Assembly (NCBI GenBank): GCA_951406725.2 | Contig: OX597833.1 | Coordinates: forward strand, 27,714,001-27,778,000 | Direction of reading: 5' to 3' | DNA: 64,000 nt | Origin: Octopus vulgaris | Taxonomy: Eukaryota | Shown here: piece after piece, positions 13,736-27,729 of the stretch | Numbering within the stretch: position 1 is the stretch's first letter | How the letters are laid out: the number at the start of each line of letters is the position of its first letter | The notes under the pieces: model-generated | What the model was told of the DNA's origin: nothing | The model's input: only the letters and a program-made list of their open reading frames with translations | The model's database searches: none | Made by a program: the position numbers and the translations under genes

Positions 13736-13738
<3 letters not shown>
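12902..13738. mobile_element. Non-coding PLE/retrozyme-like element: 494-bp unit in partial tandem plus inverted copy, flanked by (TA)n
   Basis: 12902-12967 recurs directly at 13396-13461. 13460-13635 is the reverse complement of 12902-13077, and 13635-13738 is the reverse complement of 13291-13395. Confidence 0.8.
13036..13096 (-). ncRNA. Type I hammerhead ribozyme motif
   Basis: Minus strand: TCTA-CTGAAGA-aaGAATatATCTTttttatAAGATtaATTCc-GAAA-TTGAtTCAA-TA^-TAGA. Stem I 4 bp, near-palindromic stem III, imperfect base of stem II. Confidence 0.7.
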
Positions 13739-13775
<37 letters not shown>

Positions 13776-13791
13776 TTAGATATTTCAATTA

Positions 13792-13858
13792 ACCTGAAGA
13801 TTGACTGTAACCATAACTCGAATTATTACGAATTGTACAGCTATGAAACGATCGTAGT
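13792..13858 (+). ncRNA. Hammerhead ribozyme motif with weak stem I
   Basis: AC-CTGAAGA-..CTGTA..TACAG..-GAAA-CGATCG-TA^-GT. Palindromic stem III, stem I only 2 bp. Lies in an AT-rich element at 13771-14090 between (TA)n tracts. Confidence 0.55.
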
Positions 13859-14086
13859 GTTTTACTCTTTATCTTTTATTAAACTTTTAATACTTTTGAT
13901 ATATATTTAAAATAATATAAATTAATTAATTTTATGTATTGGCTTATGTTTTTCATTGTTTGATTTGCCTAATAGTGGTTTTATCTCTAATTTAATATAA
14001 TATAATATAATATATTTTACTATAAAATTGGATTTAATCCTAAATCTGATTTTTCCCTGTAAGTTTGGATTTATTCCCTAATATTT

Positions 14087-14183
<97 letters not shown>

Positions 14184-14299
14184 CATACATACATACATAC
14201 ATACATACATACATACATACATGCATGCATACATACATACATATGCATGTGTGTGTTCATATGCATACATACATACATACATTTATAGGCCTATATAAA

Positions 14300-15250
14300 C
14301 AACATCCCCAACGTCATCAAACACAGCAAACTAAGAATATTCGCAGATGACTACTAGCTCCAAAAAGTTGGAGAAGATCGAACTAAAACTCCCCTCAGTA
14401 AACCAATGGACGGACATAAACCATATGCACTTTGGGAGTTGGGGGGGGAGACTGCTCTCCATCAATGATATTCTCCTCCTTCAGGGAAAATACTCACGAC
14501 ATCCAATGATATCAGAAAGGTAGGAGTGACTATTGACAACAGTCTCAGGTGGAGTGCCCACATCAACAATAAAGTCGATATGGCTCACTGAATAAGCTCC
14601 TAAATCATCAGAACTTTCCTGTTCCATGTCATCATTCTCCTTTTCACATCTTTTGTACGACCACACCAAGAATACTGCTGCCCTTATGGTCTCCCTACAC
14701 CAAAGAAAACTTTCTGGGGATTGTGTCACCCCAGAGAGCTTTCACTAAAAGAATAAAAGTTAAGACCGATCTTCATTATTGGTCCCGCCTTAAAACATTG
14801 AATGTTTATTCTCTCCACCACTGCGTGAGTGCTACATCATTTGCACAACGTAGTGATATATCACCAGCATCGCCCAAATGACCTTAACATCAGATTCAGA
14901 ATTCATTCAAGACTGGCGCCGCGTGCCATACGTTCCCCATACAATTCAGGATCACAATACATACATTCACTGCAACACAATTTATCTTACTCAACAAACC
15001 CTGCTGTATTTAACATTGTCCCAAAACAAATCAAAGAAAAAAAATATCCCATTACTTTCAAGCGAAACCGGAACAAGTTTCTTTTAGGGATACCAGAGAA
15101 GCCACATATACTTGGATACATCTCAGTCCACAGCAATTCCCTTGACTTAAAAACGACTAAAAAGATCCTATCAAGTGGTGCTATTAAGTTAGACATGGTC
15201 TGCGCCAACCTTTGGGCAAAACATGCCTAAGTGATCGAAGTTATCTAAGA
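14300..15250 (+). mobile_element. CR1/L2-group LINE 3' fragment, decayed
   Basis: KLRIFADD at ~14330, VGVTIDNSLRWSAHINNKV, SFVRPHQEYCCPLWSP. 3' end tagacatgg..(taagttatc)-like tail also seen at 59900-59970 (-). Confidence 0.8.
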
Positions 15251-15296
15251 TACATATATAGATACATCTAAATGCATACATATATACATATATTCA

Positions 15297-15365
<69 letters not shown>

Positions 15366-15454
15366 AGAATTAACAAAAAAAAACAAAAGACAAAGACAGG
15401 TGATGTAGACAACAAACAGATATATTAGTATAACGCTCGGGAAGTGAAAAAGTG

Positions 15455-15488
15455 TTTAACGTTTCGAGCCTACGCTCTTCCACAGAAA
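15455..15488 (-). ncRNA. Degenerate minimal hammerhead motif
   Basis: TTT-CTGTGGA-a-GAGCgtagGCTC-GAAA-CG-TT-AAA. One substitution in the core, essentially no stem III. Confidence 0.4.
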
Positions 15489-15636
15489 GGAACACAGAAA
15501 GAAACAAAGAGAGAAAATAAAGAAAATAGCGATCTATCATATATATATGAATATATAAATGTATATATGTGTGTGCGTATGAGTGTGTGTGTATAAATGA
15601 ATACATACATATATGCATGTGTAAATGGACCTCTCA

Positions 15637-15727
<91 letters not shown>

Positions 15728-15809
15728 GGTCCCGGGTTGATTCGGGGTTAACCACAGTAAATAAGGTACTCAATACATAGCAGAGTAAAATTAATTTATT
15801 ATATAGAAG

Positions 15810-15862
15810 GAGCTTCTACAGGACTAGAACTGTTTCATTCAAGAGAAATCTTCAGGAAGCTC
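15810..15862 (-). ncRNA. Type I hammerhead ribozyme motif
   Basis: GAGCTTC-CTGAAGA-tTTCtcttGAAt-GAAA-CAGttctagtcCTG-TA^-GAAGCTC. Perfect 7-bp stem I, intact core, GUA site. Confidence 0.85.
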
Positions 15863-17656
15863 GAAGTTATATATATATATATATATACTCGTTATATATA
15901 TATATATATATATATACTCGTTGTCAAACGCAAGTCTTCACATATACACCAACACGCACTCGCTCACCTCCCCCCCTCACTTCCACTCGTTCACTGAAAA
16001 CGAGATTTAAAGTCGCCATGCAGCTCACGTGCTTGCATGAATGAAAGCAACAGTTGGCGGTTAATTGCGTGCCGCCAACGCCGCTGTATAAAGCCGCCAT
16101 CATTCAGCGTTCGAACTACACAGAGTAGAGAAGGGACAAAGGGAAAGTCTTCGACAACAAAAGCAACAACAACAACGACAACGACGATGATGTCGATGTT
16201 GATGCTGATGATGATGATAATGATGATAAAAAAAGACAAATAAGAAAGAAGCATGACGTAAAACAAAAATACATCGAAGCGTCAATAAAAGGACAATAAA
16301 AAGATGGCGTGATGCTCTATCTGATGCCGATTCATTGCCAATATTATATTAATTACATCTTGGCAAAGCTTTTAAAGAAAAATACTATTTATGTCGATAA
16401 ATCAATTGGTTGGATTTAATTTGGTTTTCTTGTTCTTTACTTAAACTGATTTGTTTCGTCCCTCGCCCTCTCTCCCTCTCCTTCCCTCCACTTTTCTCCC
16501 CGTGTTTCTCAATCTCCCTTTTCCTCTCTCTCTCTCTCTCTCTCTCTTGCCCCTCCCTCCTTTCTTTCTTTCTTTGTTGTTATTCAGGAGTTGTAGAACG
16601 AGGAGGAAGAATCGGTGATGGCGGTGGTGAAGGTGGGAAAATGATGGTCATTTGCCTGCTTGATGATGATGATGATGAGTATGATAATGGTAGTGGTGGT
16701 GGTGGTGGCAGTGCTGGTGGTGCTGGTGGTGTTAGTGGTGGGGGTTCTGGTGGTGATGGTAGTGCTGGTGGTAACGATGCTAATGGTGGTGGTTGTGTCC
16801 ATAGCGGCGATGCTGGCGACAGAAGCGGCGGCGGCGGCGGTGGTGGTGGTGGTGGTGGTGGTGGTGGTGGTGGTGGTGGTGGTGGTTTGGTGGTGGGTGT
16901 GGTGGATGTGGAGGTACTGCTGGTGGTGATGGTGATGTTTTTACCTAAATAAGGTATTCATTTCCATTATTGTTGCTGTGAATAATACAGGAACTCTTTA
17001 ACCAGCTGATGTATTTGGTCGTTTTGAAATCTTAATCCTGTCATCATCTATCTATCGATGCAAAAATGAAATTAATCGCTTCTTACCGTTTCGTTATTAA
17101 TACTAACAAGCGAACAATAATGTTATTTAGTTGACTGATTGAGAGAGAGAGGGGGAGAGAGAGAAAGGGAAGGAGAAAGAAAGCAATAAGAAGAGGAAAA
17201 TGGCTAAAGAGCATTACGATAATCTATATATGTATATATATGCGCGTGCATTTGTATTCGTGTGTGTGTGTGTGGTTGTGTGTGCGTTCGCGTTCTTTTG
17301 TGTTTCAGTTTTCTTTTTTGTCTTTTGTTTACGAGCGATGCATTTTAGGTGATGGCGTTGACGAGGAAAATATTGACATGCAGACATTAGAGGAAGATGA
17401 AACTTCAATAAACAATAGATACTGAGAGGACGAAAAACAAGGAGAAAAAGAAAATAAAAAAGCAGCATGGTGTAGTTTTCTATCGTCTGCTTTTATAATC
17501 CCTTCTTTGTGGTTTAGTTAGCATTTGATGGCAATCGGTTTTCACTCAGCAAAATGAAGAGGAATTGCTAAAAAGTGAGAAAATAAGAGAATATAAAGAA
17601 TTGACAGGAGTAAAATAGCTTCTGGGATGATTTTTTTTCGTTTTGCTTTTCTTTCA

Positions 17657-17712
<56 letters not shown>

Positions 17713-18083
17713 TGTTTCTTCCATTCTTTTGTATGATTGCTGTTTGTTTGTTGTTGCTGCTGTTGTCTGTATCTCGCCTTACGATTCGTATTTTACCTGA
17801 TTCTATTTTTTTTTATCTTTACGATTATTTTCTTTCACACGCAATAACTTGAGTGAAGCAAAACGAATCACACACACACACACATATACACACAAACAAG
17901 CTCAGAGGACATACATACTCATGTGACATTCACACACCCACACGAACACAATACAAAACAAAACCAAGCAATATTGAGGTATAGGTGTGAGGGTGGAATC
18001 ATCAAGCAAATAATTGCAAATGAAAATCATAATGTGGTTTTATTTTTTTAAGATTAAAGTTCTTCATAGTTTAGGAAAGAAAA

Positions 18084-18116
<33 letters not shown>

Positions 18117-18822
18117 AAAAAGAAGGAAAGAAAGAAAGGAAGTAAGAAAGAAAGAAAAGGCTGTACTAGTAGCAGACGACACACTGATTATTATTAATGA
18201 ACAGACAATAAACACATCAAAAGGTCTGGCGTAGAGCAGAAGGTAAGTGGTGCAAGCTAAAAGAATAGTCACTGCACAAACACGCAGTTTCATTGCATTT
18301 CCTATCACTTCCACCCTTTAACGTTAATCCTACCTCGCACGCGACACTCAGGTAAGTAATTAGAGCTTGGTGGTGAAGTATATTGTATACTTGTTGATTT
18401 ATCTATTTATCTGACTTTAATCCGACAATATGCGCTACTTTTCGTCCGATACATTATGACATCATTGAAAGGCGATGCGTCCTGCATAGCCTTGGTGTGA
18501 TGGTTGAAATAATGTAAAGTACTAATGAAACATCAAATTATTTGTGGTAAAAATTCTCCGTCTTTTTTTAATGATTGGTTGTTATCAATAATATATGTAT
18601 GTGTTTGTGTTTGTAAGGGGAGTGGAGAGTTCTCAGCTTCTTGTGTTTTTCATGGCCTTTGTTTCTGGTTTTGTCACTGGGAAGGAGTGGAAGTTGGTGG
18701 GGGTGGAGTGACCATCTGGCTAAAAAAACAGTTTGCTTTGCTATCACAAGGTTTTGAATTCGATCCCACTGCACGGCGGCGACTTGAGTCAACTAAAACC
18801 TTCTGAAATTAGGTAATCAGAA

Positions 18823-18950
<128 letters not shown>

Positions 18951-18959
18951 AACAACAAC

Positions 18960-21220
<2,261 letters not shown>

Positions 21221-21799
21221 TAATAATAATAATAATAACAATAATAATAATAATGTTAATAATAATAATAATAGTAAGAGCACTCAAAGGGCGCAAACCT
21301 CCACCAAAGCAACACTAACGCCGGAGATGATTTTTAAAATGAGAATATGTGAAATAAACTCGACTGCTCTCAAAAATGAGAATACTTAAAATGAACCTGA
21401 GTGCTCTCAAAAATTAAGTTTAAAAAAAACGGAAAAATAATCCTTGTCCGGTACATGATCGATCCCAATGGTAGTCATGGAATGGGAAGCTGGGTGTGCG
21501 GGCCGTGTTTGTAATGTTGTGTGTGTGTGTCGTCTGGGTAATGAAAATATTTGCATGACTTGAGCGCACACATGTCGATAAGTCTTGTGAAGTCACTATG
21601 TAAAAGTTTTGGAAACACAGGTTGAAATGCAACAAGAACTTCGGGAGAGAATCATAATTGAACATAAAAATTATAATTGTAATGAAATGCATACTGTAGC
21701 ATATTCGGAAAAATATGTATCTATAACATCTGCTAATATACACTCTGTTCTGTTGACCTACACATGGTCCAACAAAGTACCATAGTCTGTAGTGGGCAC

Positions 21800-22333
21800 C
21801 TACACATGCTGAATAAAGCCAAATTCCTTCATGATGGTCAAGATTTGGTGATGAGGGGAGTTAATGAGATCAATGTTAAAATCCTCAATGATAACAGTTA
21901 GGACATCTCTCGGTATGGATTGCATGAGGATTTGTAGCCTGGAAAGGAATATTGTTGTAGTCAAAGATGGTGGCCTGTTCAGAGTAATAATGATAACTTT
22001 AATACTTTTTTGTATATTTCGTGACCGCGATAGCTGTGTGTTCCAGTTGATTGGCTCCCAGGTTCTGCTGCGCTGCGATGAAATATCTTTTCTTGCAATC
22101 GTCATGACACCACATCCTCGCCCTGCTGTGATAGGCTTGTCTGCTCTGAAGCTGTTAGACAGAGGCAGGATGGACTCAATCTGTTGCTGTTGCTTCAAGA
22201 ATGTCTCCACAAAACAGAAGACATCTACTTGAAGGATTCTCTCATCTGCTTTTAGGTCGTCCTGGTGTTTCAAATAAGATCGAATGTTGAGAAAGCGAAT
22301 GTTCGAAGGCATCAGTAGTAGTTGGTACAGCAT
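21800..22333 (-). pseudogene. AP-endonuclease (EEP) domain of the Helentron
   Basis: LNIRSY..H, DVFCFVETFL, FRAD..GCGV, NRPP, EDFNIDL. Confidence 0.8.
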
Positions 22334-22379
22334 TTAGTTTGGTGTTAGATTTAGGTTCTTGACGGAACCGGTTATAGAT

Positions 22380-22585
22380 AGGATAATGCGGATATTGCTT
22401 GCATCAAATCCTAGGAGAAATAGACCATTCAGAGATATGACCCAGCTGAGAGCAACATGTGCCTGACCCGGCATGAATGTTCCCTTTCCTTCCATGAAGA
22501 CAACGATCTTACCCAGAGTCTACCCTTGGACTTAATGAATTGTGCAGCCCCAAGCCAGTGAGAGTGGGAATTGAATTCGTTTTGC
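22380..22585 (-). pseudogene. Pif1-family helicase C-terminal motifs
   Basis: Manual translation RIQFPLSLAWGCTIH*VQG*TL and GQAHVALSWVISLNGLFLLGFD (cf. QFPL.LAWA.TIHK.QG.TL and GQ.YVALSR). Confidence 0.8.
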
Positions 22586-22919
22586 TTCAACTGATTGTCT
22601 GTCCCTTCCAGTGAAGAACTGCACATTAAACCAATGGTTATTGTCCGCCTGCTTCTGCCTTGCTGGGATCAAATGTCATGTATCTAACTTGGTGTCACGG
22701 TATTTATGACTTTGATGTTAATGTCAAGCATATCAATTACAGCCTGTACTGCCAAATTGTCTATCCTGGTGCCATTTCTGATGTCATTGATCTATACGTC
22801 ATATTGTTGCAACTGTCTCTGATAGAGGCTGTGTGATTATACTGGCTGTTCTGTAAGGTGCAAGAAATTCATGTAATTAGCCCTTGATTATGTTGTTTCA
22901 AGATGTTTTTTCGCATCTC

Positions 22920-23531
22920 CTAAACACTCATACGCTGACCATAGATGGCTGACAGGGACCATAACACAGTGTGAAAAAAACAGCTGCTGTCTCCAGGAAC
23001 ATCTTGAAATTTCAAGTTTTGCCTTCTTGTTAGATGTTCTAGTACCAGGCGATCGTTTCCTGATAGAAGAGTAGATGGCCTTTCACTCTGATCTTCTCCT
23101 TCCCCAGGATTCTGGATTACCGCTTCTGATTGTCTTGCCATGGCAGCTCACAAATCCGCATCACCTTCCTCCCACCGGTTTTGCCATTCTGCGTTTTTTA
23201 ATGTCTTCTCATACAAGCCAGACACTGGTCCATTTGCTCCTTTGACTCAGCCTCTCTGTCTTTTCATTTGGCTTCTTACACAGACCAGACGCTGCTCCCC
23301 TTACTCATTTGACTCAGCCTCTCTTTGTGTTTTCATTTGACTTCTGATGTAGGCCAGTCACTACACCGTCTGCTTGTCTTCTTCATTTTCCCTCTGCTGT
23401 TAGTTTCTGCGTCTGTCTGGGGCACGTTGAATCTCCGCGGCCTCGGATAACTTCTGCTAGCGCAAAGGCCTCATGAACCTGGCATTCTGCTTTCGCCTTT
23501 GAGCTGAGCTTCTTGATTTGAATTTCGGCAT
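22920..23531 (-). pseudogene. Helentron N-terminal charged repeats and OTU cysteine-protease remnant
   Basis: Candidate ATG at 23531 (MPKFKSR..). LKFQDVPGDSSCFFHTV resembles the OTU motif V.GDG.C.F.A. Confidence 0.6.
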
Positions 23532-24195
23532 GTCATCTCTCTCAAACATGCTGTAAAATTTAAAATATTGAATAGCAATGCGCTTGCTGAGTTGTATATT
23601 AGATTTGATAGGATATTTCTTGGAAAGATGACTCATCTCAAAGCAGCTGTTAAAAGTTTAGTAACAGTAATAAATAGTTTATCCTTATTTAATACAAGCC
23701 AAAGTTAACAAATTCACCATTCAAAATAGTTTGAAAGTAGTAAAAACATCAATAATAATAATAAGTTCTACTCAGGAATTTTTAAATGAATAGCATCAGA
23801 TCTTTCGGTTTTCTCTTCTCTTAAATTCCATCCTTCCTTTAGTATTCATGTTGTTTTAGATCGATGTATAGAATAATGTATATATGTAAGTATACCGTAA
23901 AGTGTTAATAGGTATGTATAATATATAATATAATGGAGATAATAAAAAAAGACTTGAAAGTCAACGTAAGATCGTAATACTTCATGTAAAGTAAATATAA
24001 GAATTAATCCACAATCCTTGTCCGGTACCGAATAAATCCCAATATATAATCAGTTCGTGCCAGTCACGAGGCCAAATATCCCTGAAACTTTCATGCGAAT
24101 CCATCCAGCAGTTCTTGAGATATCTTGTCAACGGACAAACAAACAAGCAGACACGACTGAAAATAAAAAAAAACCTCCGTCTTCGCTAAGGTGGA

Positions 24196-24264
<69 letters not shown>

Positions 24265-24281
24265 TACGATAATAATAATAA

Positions 24282-25842
24282 CTAGCATTATGACCCGTCG
24301 TTGCCGGGTCATGGTGCTAGTGCTTGTATATATGTGTACATATTACATGTACATCTACATATATACATCTACACATAAAATACAAAATACAAAGTTATAT
24401 CTTGATATCGCTAGCGATAACAATACTCAAAATATATAACAGACTGGAATTGTAGGCCCGTCTCTTGCAATTTCGATCAATTGTATCTTGTCCTACCTCT
24501 TGTATAGAAGTGTGGCTACAATCCAGCCTACCTCTACTTCTGGGGGAACATTTTAATTTTTTATCTGGGATGTAGGACATCCCAGATATAAAGGTAAAAA
24601 TAAAATATTTCCACTTTGCAAGGTTCGGGCCGAGTACTCCCTTCCACGCTCCGTTGACTCGAACCTTGCTTCTATTGTGACGAATTTACCGCCTCTGGTT
24701 AGATACTTGATATCTTTTATAGTCGCACCAATGGTGCTTTCCTCCAGGTGTTCAAATCTTTTTTTTCTCTACATTGTATACTTTATAGACAATAGTCTTT
24801 TCTTTAATATAATTTTTTATTTCGTTTGGTGGTGTTTTTCCTAGATTCGCCGTCTTTGTCGGTGATCAATCCGAAATAGGTTTGTATTTCTTCCATTTTA
24901 ATTTTAATGAGTTCGCGCCCACCGACGGCTGCAGCGAAATTCATTTTGGGACTTTCTTCTATCGAAGGCATTCTAACAAAAATGCTTCTGTATAAACGGT
25001 GAAAATGCTTCCATATAAACGATGAAATATTGTCAATTTCCCCAAACAGGGACATAATTCAATTTTTAAACAATAACCAAAGCTCCTTCTCCCAAAGGGG
25101 GAGGGTTACGGTTTACAATTATTTAACAAATGCAACACAACAACGATTCCCTTACGGGGAACCAACAAACGTGATAACAATAGTTAAACAGTAATAATAA
25201 TAACAACAAACCTTACGGTGAATCAAAAAGCAGTACGCAGCTGATTTAATTTTATTTATTCCCATTCATGTGAAACCACTTATTCAAGTTCAAGTTATTG
25301 ATGCAATTTTATACCAATTGCTATTTTTAGTTTTGTTATGTTACGATTATATTATACTTTAGTTTGATTTTAATTATTACTTACTACAATAATTCAATTG
25401 TTATTATTATCTCTAATTTTTATTGTTACAGTGAAAGTATCTGAGAAATGTTTTTGTTTCACTTTTAACACGTAATATTGAAATAGTGGAGAAGATATGA
25501 TATTGCTATGGGCTCACCCTAGGCAAGAAGTTGAACATCATTTTTGCCCATGAAACTACATGGATCCTAAGTAAGGCATGTGTAAAATTTGAATGAAATT
25601 GGTTGTGTAGTTCTCAAGTTTTAGGGAATCGTAGTGGAGAAGATATGATTTTGCTGTGGGCTCGCCCTAGGCAAAAAGTTAAAACATTTTTTGCCGATGA
25701 CACTACCCGGACCCTAATAAAGGCATGTGTAAAATTTGAATGAAATTGGTTGTGTAGTTCTCAAGTTTTAGGGAAACACACAGACAGACAGACAGACACA
25801 CACACACACACACACACATTCTCAGTTTTATATATAGAGAGA
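24282..25842 (-). mobile_element. Non-autonomous Helitron
   Basis: On minus: A|TC 5' end at 25842 followed by tatatataaaa and a (TG)/(TCTG) microsatellite; 3' hairpin TGACCCG..CGGGTCA (24291-24311) and CTAG|T at 24282-24285. Internal ~148-bp tandem duplication at 25484-25778. Confidence 0.8.
24440..25060 (-). pseudogene. LINE ORF1 fragment, homologous to ORF 4..360, inside the Helitron
   Basis: Manual translation YLTRGGKFVTIEARF..LPLYLG..VPPEVEVGWIVATLLY versus YVTRGKRFGTVEMRF..MPRYLG..APSEINICWLVAAVLY. Confidence 0.7.
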
Positions 25843-25940
25843 TAATAATAATCACAACAACAACAACAATGATAATAATGATGATAATGATGATAATGAT
25901 GATAATGATGTTGATGATGATGATGATGATGATGATGATG

Positions 25941-26497
25941 TACACTGGAAGCTATGCCAACACTATGGAATGACAACAGGGAAAATATGATCTAGACACA
26001 CCTCACAAAAAGTCTCAGAATATGACAAAGCAATCATACTCTGTCATATTCCAATACACACAGAAAAAGAAATTAGGGCCAATAGGCCGGATATAGTTGT
26101 CATCGATCACTAGCAAAAAAATACTTTCTAATCGATGTATCAATACTAACAGATGGCAATGTTTCTCCGAAGGAAACGGAGAAACTCTCAAGATACAAAG
26201 ATCTGGAAATAGAGGTAACCCGAATGTGGAGCCTAAAATTAGAAACAATCCCTATAATGATAGGTGCATTAGGTATGATTCAAAAATATTCAGACAAATA
26301 CATAACAAAAACACCAGGACTTACAAGTATTTATAACATACAGAAAGTAGCAGTACGAGGCACAGCACACATCCAACGTAAAAGCAAGTTCAATAGAGAA
26401 AATAAGAGCATCACAACAAACCACAGCACATACCCAAGGCATACAGAGCTGCGTTCAGTAGTGCAGTGAAAGCACGTGATGAAAAGAAGACTATTCG

Positions 26498-26498
<1 letters not shown>
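25941..26498 (+). mobile_element. R4/Dong-like LINE 3' fragment
   Basis: NRPDIVV..LIDVSI..KYKDLEIE..IPIMIGALG, same 3' UTR as 18960-19570, followed by (TAA)n. Confidence 0.82.
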
Positions 26499-26572
<74 letters not shown>

Positions 26573-26578
26573 GTAATA

Positions 26579-26623
<45 letters not shown>

Positions 26624-26624
26624 A

Positions 26625-27680
26625 GCAAGGAAAACTAATACAAATACCCACAAAACACGAAAAAAAAAAACAAAAAAAAAACTGTTTTCAGTCTTTAAGA
26701 AAGCTGACAAATACAAAAAGACGTCATAGTACCTAACAACTATGAAGAAAAAGAAGAAACAGCATAAGCTGTAAAACAACTGAAATTCAAACTAAAACTA
26801 AAACAATAACGGATCACGATAAAACGATAGGAAGAAAAGCCCCTGCATGGCAAATATTGGGTTAAGCTAAACAGAAAAGAAATAGACAGAGCAAAATCCC
26901 AACAATGGCTGAGAAGCTCAGAACTCAAAGCAGAGACCTGAAGGATTTTTAATTGCAGCACAAGATCAAAGCCTTCACAGCAGAAATTACCAAAACCATG
27001 TAATGAAAAGAAATATAATTGCAGAATATATGAAAATGGAGAAGAAACAATAAATCATATTGTCTCTGGCTACCCAGTCCTGGCTAAGAAGAAATATATT
27101 CACTGACACGACAGAATTGGGATCTATATATATTGGAAGCTATGCCAACACTATGGAATAACAGTAGAAAAAAGATAGTATTGGCACACGCCAGAAAAGC
27201 TCACAGAAAATGAGAAAGCAACCATACTCTGGCATATGCCAATACACACAGATAGAGAAATTAAGGCCAACTGGCTGGATATAGTTGTCAAAGATAACTA
27301 AGAAAAAATGCTTTCTAATCGACGTATCAATACCAACAGATAGCAATGTTTCTCCAAAGGAAATCGAAAACTTTTAAAATACAAGATCTGGAAATAGAGG
27401 TAATTCGAATGTGAAGCCTAAAAACAGAAGCAATTCCTATCGTAGTTGGCGCATTAGGTATGATAAAAAATATTCAGGCAAAAACATAACAAAACACCAG
27501 AACTAACAAGTATATATAACATACAGAAAATAGCACTATTAGGTACCATACACATTCTACGCAAAGCACTTTCAATACATGAAAATAAGAGCATCATAAC
27601 AAACTACAGCACATACCCAAGGCACACAGAGCTGCACTCAGTAGTGCAGTGAAAGCACGTGATAAAAATATGACTACTCA
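26625..27680 (+). mobile_element. R4/Dong-like LINE 3' fragment, decayed
   Basis: EKPLHGKY, QQWLRSSELKAET, AAQDQSL, ETINHIVSG, HD and the RLE region, with the shared 3' UTR. Confidence 0.82.
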
Positions 27681-27729
27681 GTAATAAGGATAACAACAAC
27701 AACAATAATGATAATAATAATAACAAAAT

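Larger units (their letters stand above)
21276..24200 (-). mobile_element. Internally deleted Helentron (Helitron2-type)
   Basis: 5' subTIR ACCTCCACCTT forming a hairpin at 24173-24198. 3' subTIR (21297-21309) and a small GC hairpin (21280-21294). Coding remnants of OTU, Pif1 motifs V/VI and APE. Flanked by (TTA)n. Confidence 0.8.

Noticed and set aside
16410-16952. Gly-rich 180-aa ORF
   Set aside because: Derived from (GGT)n and (CT)n simple repeats.
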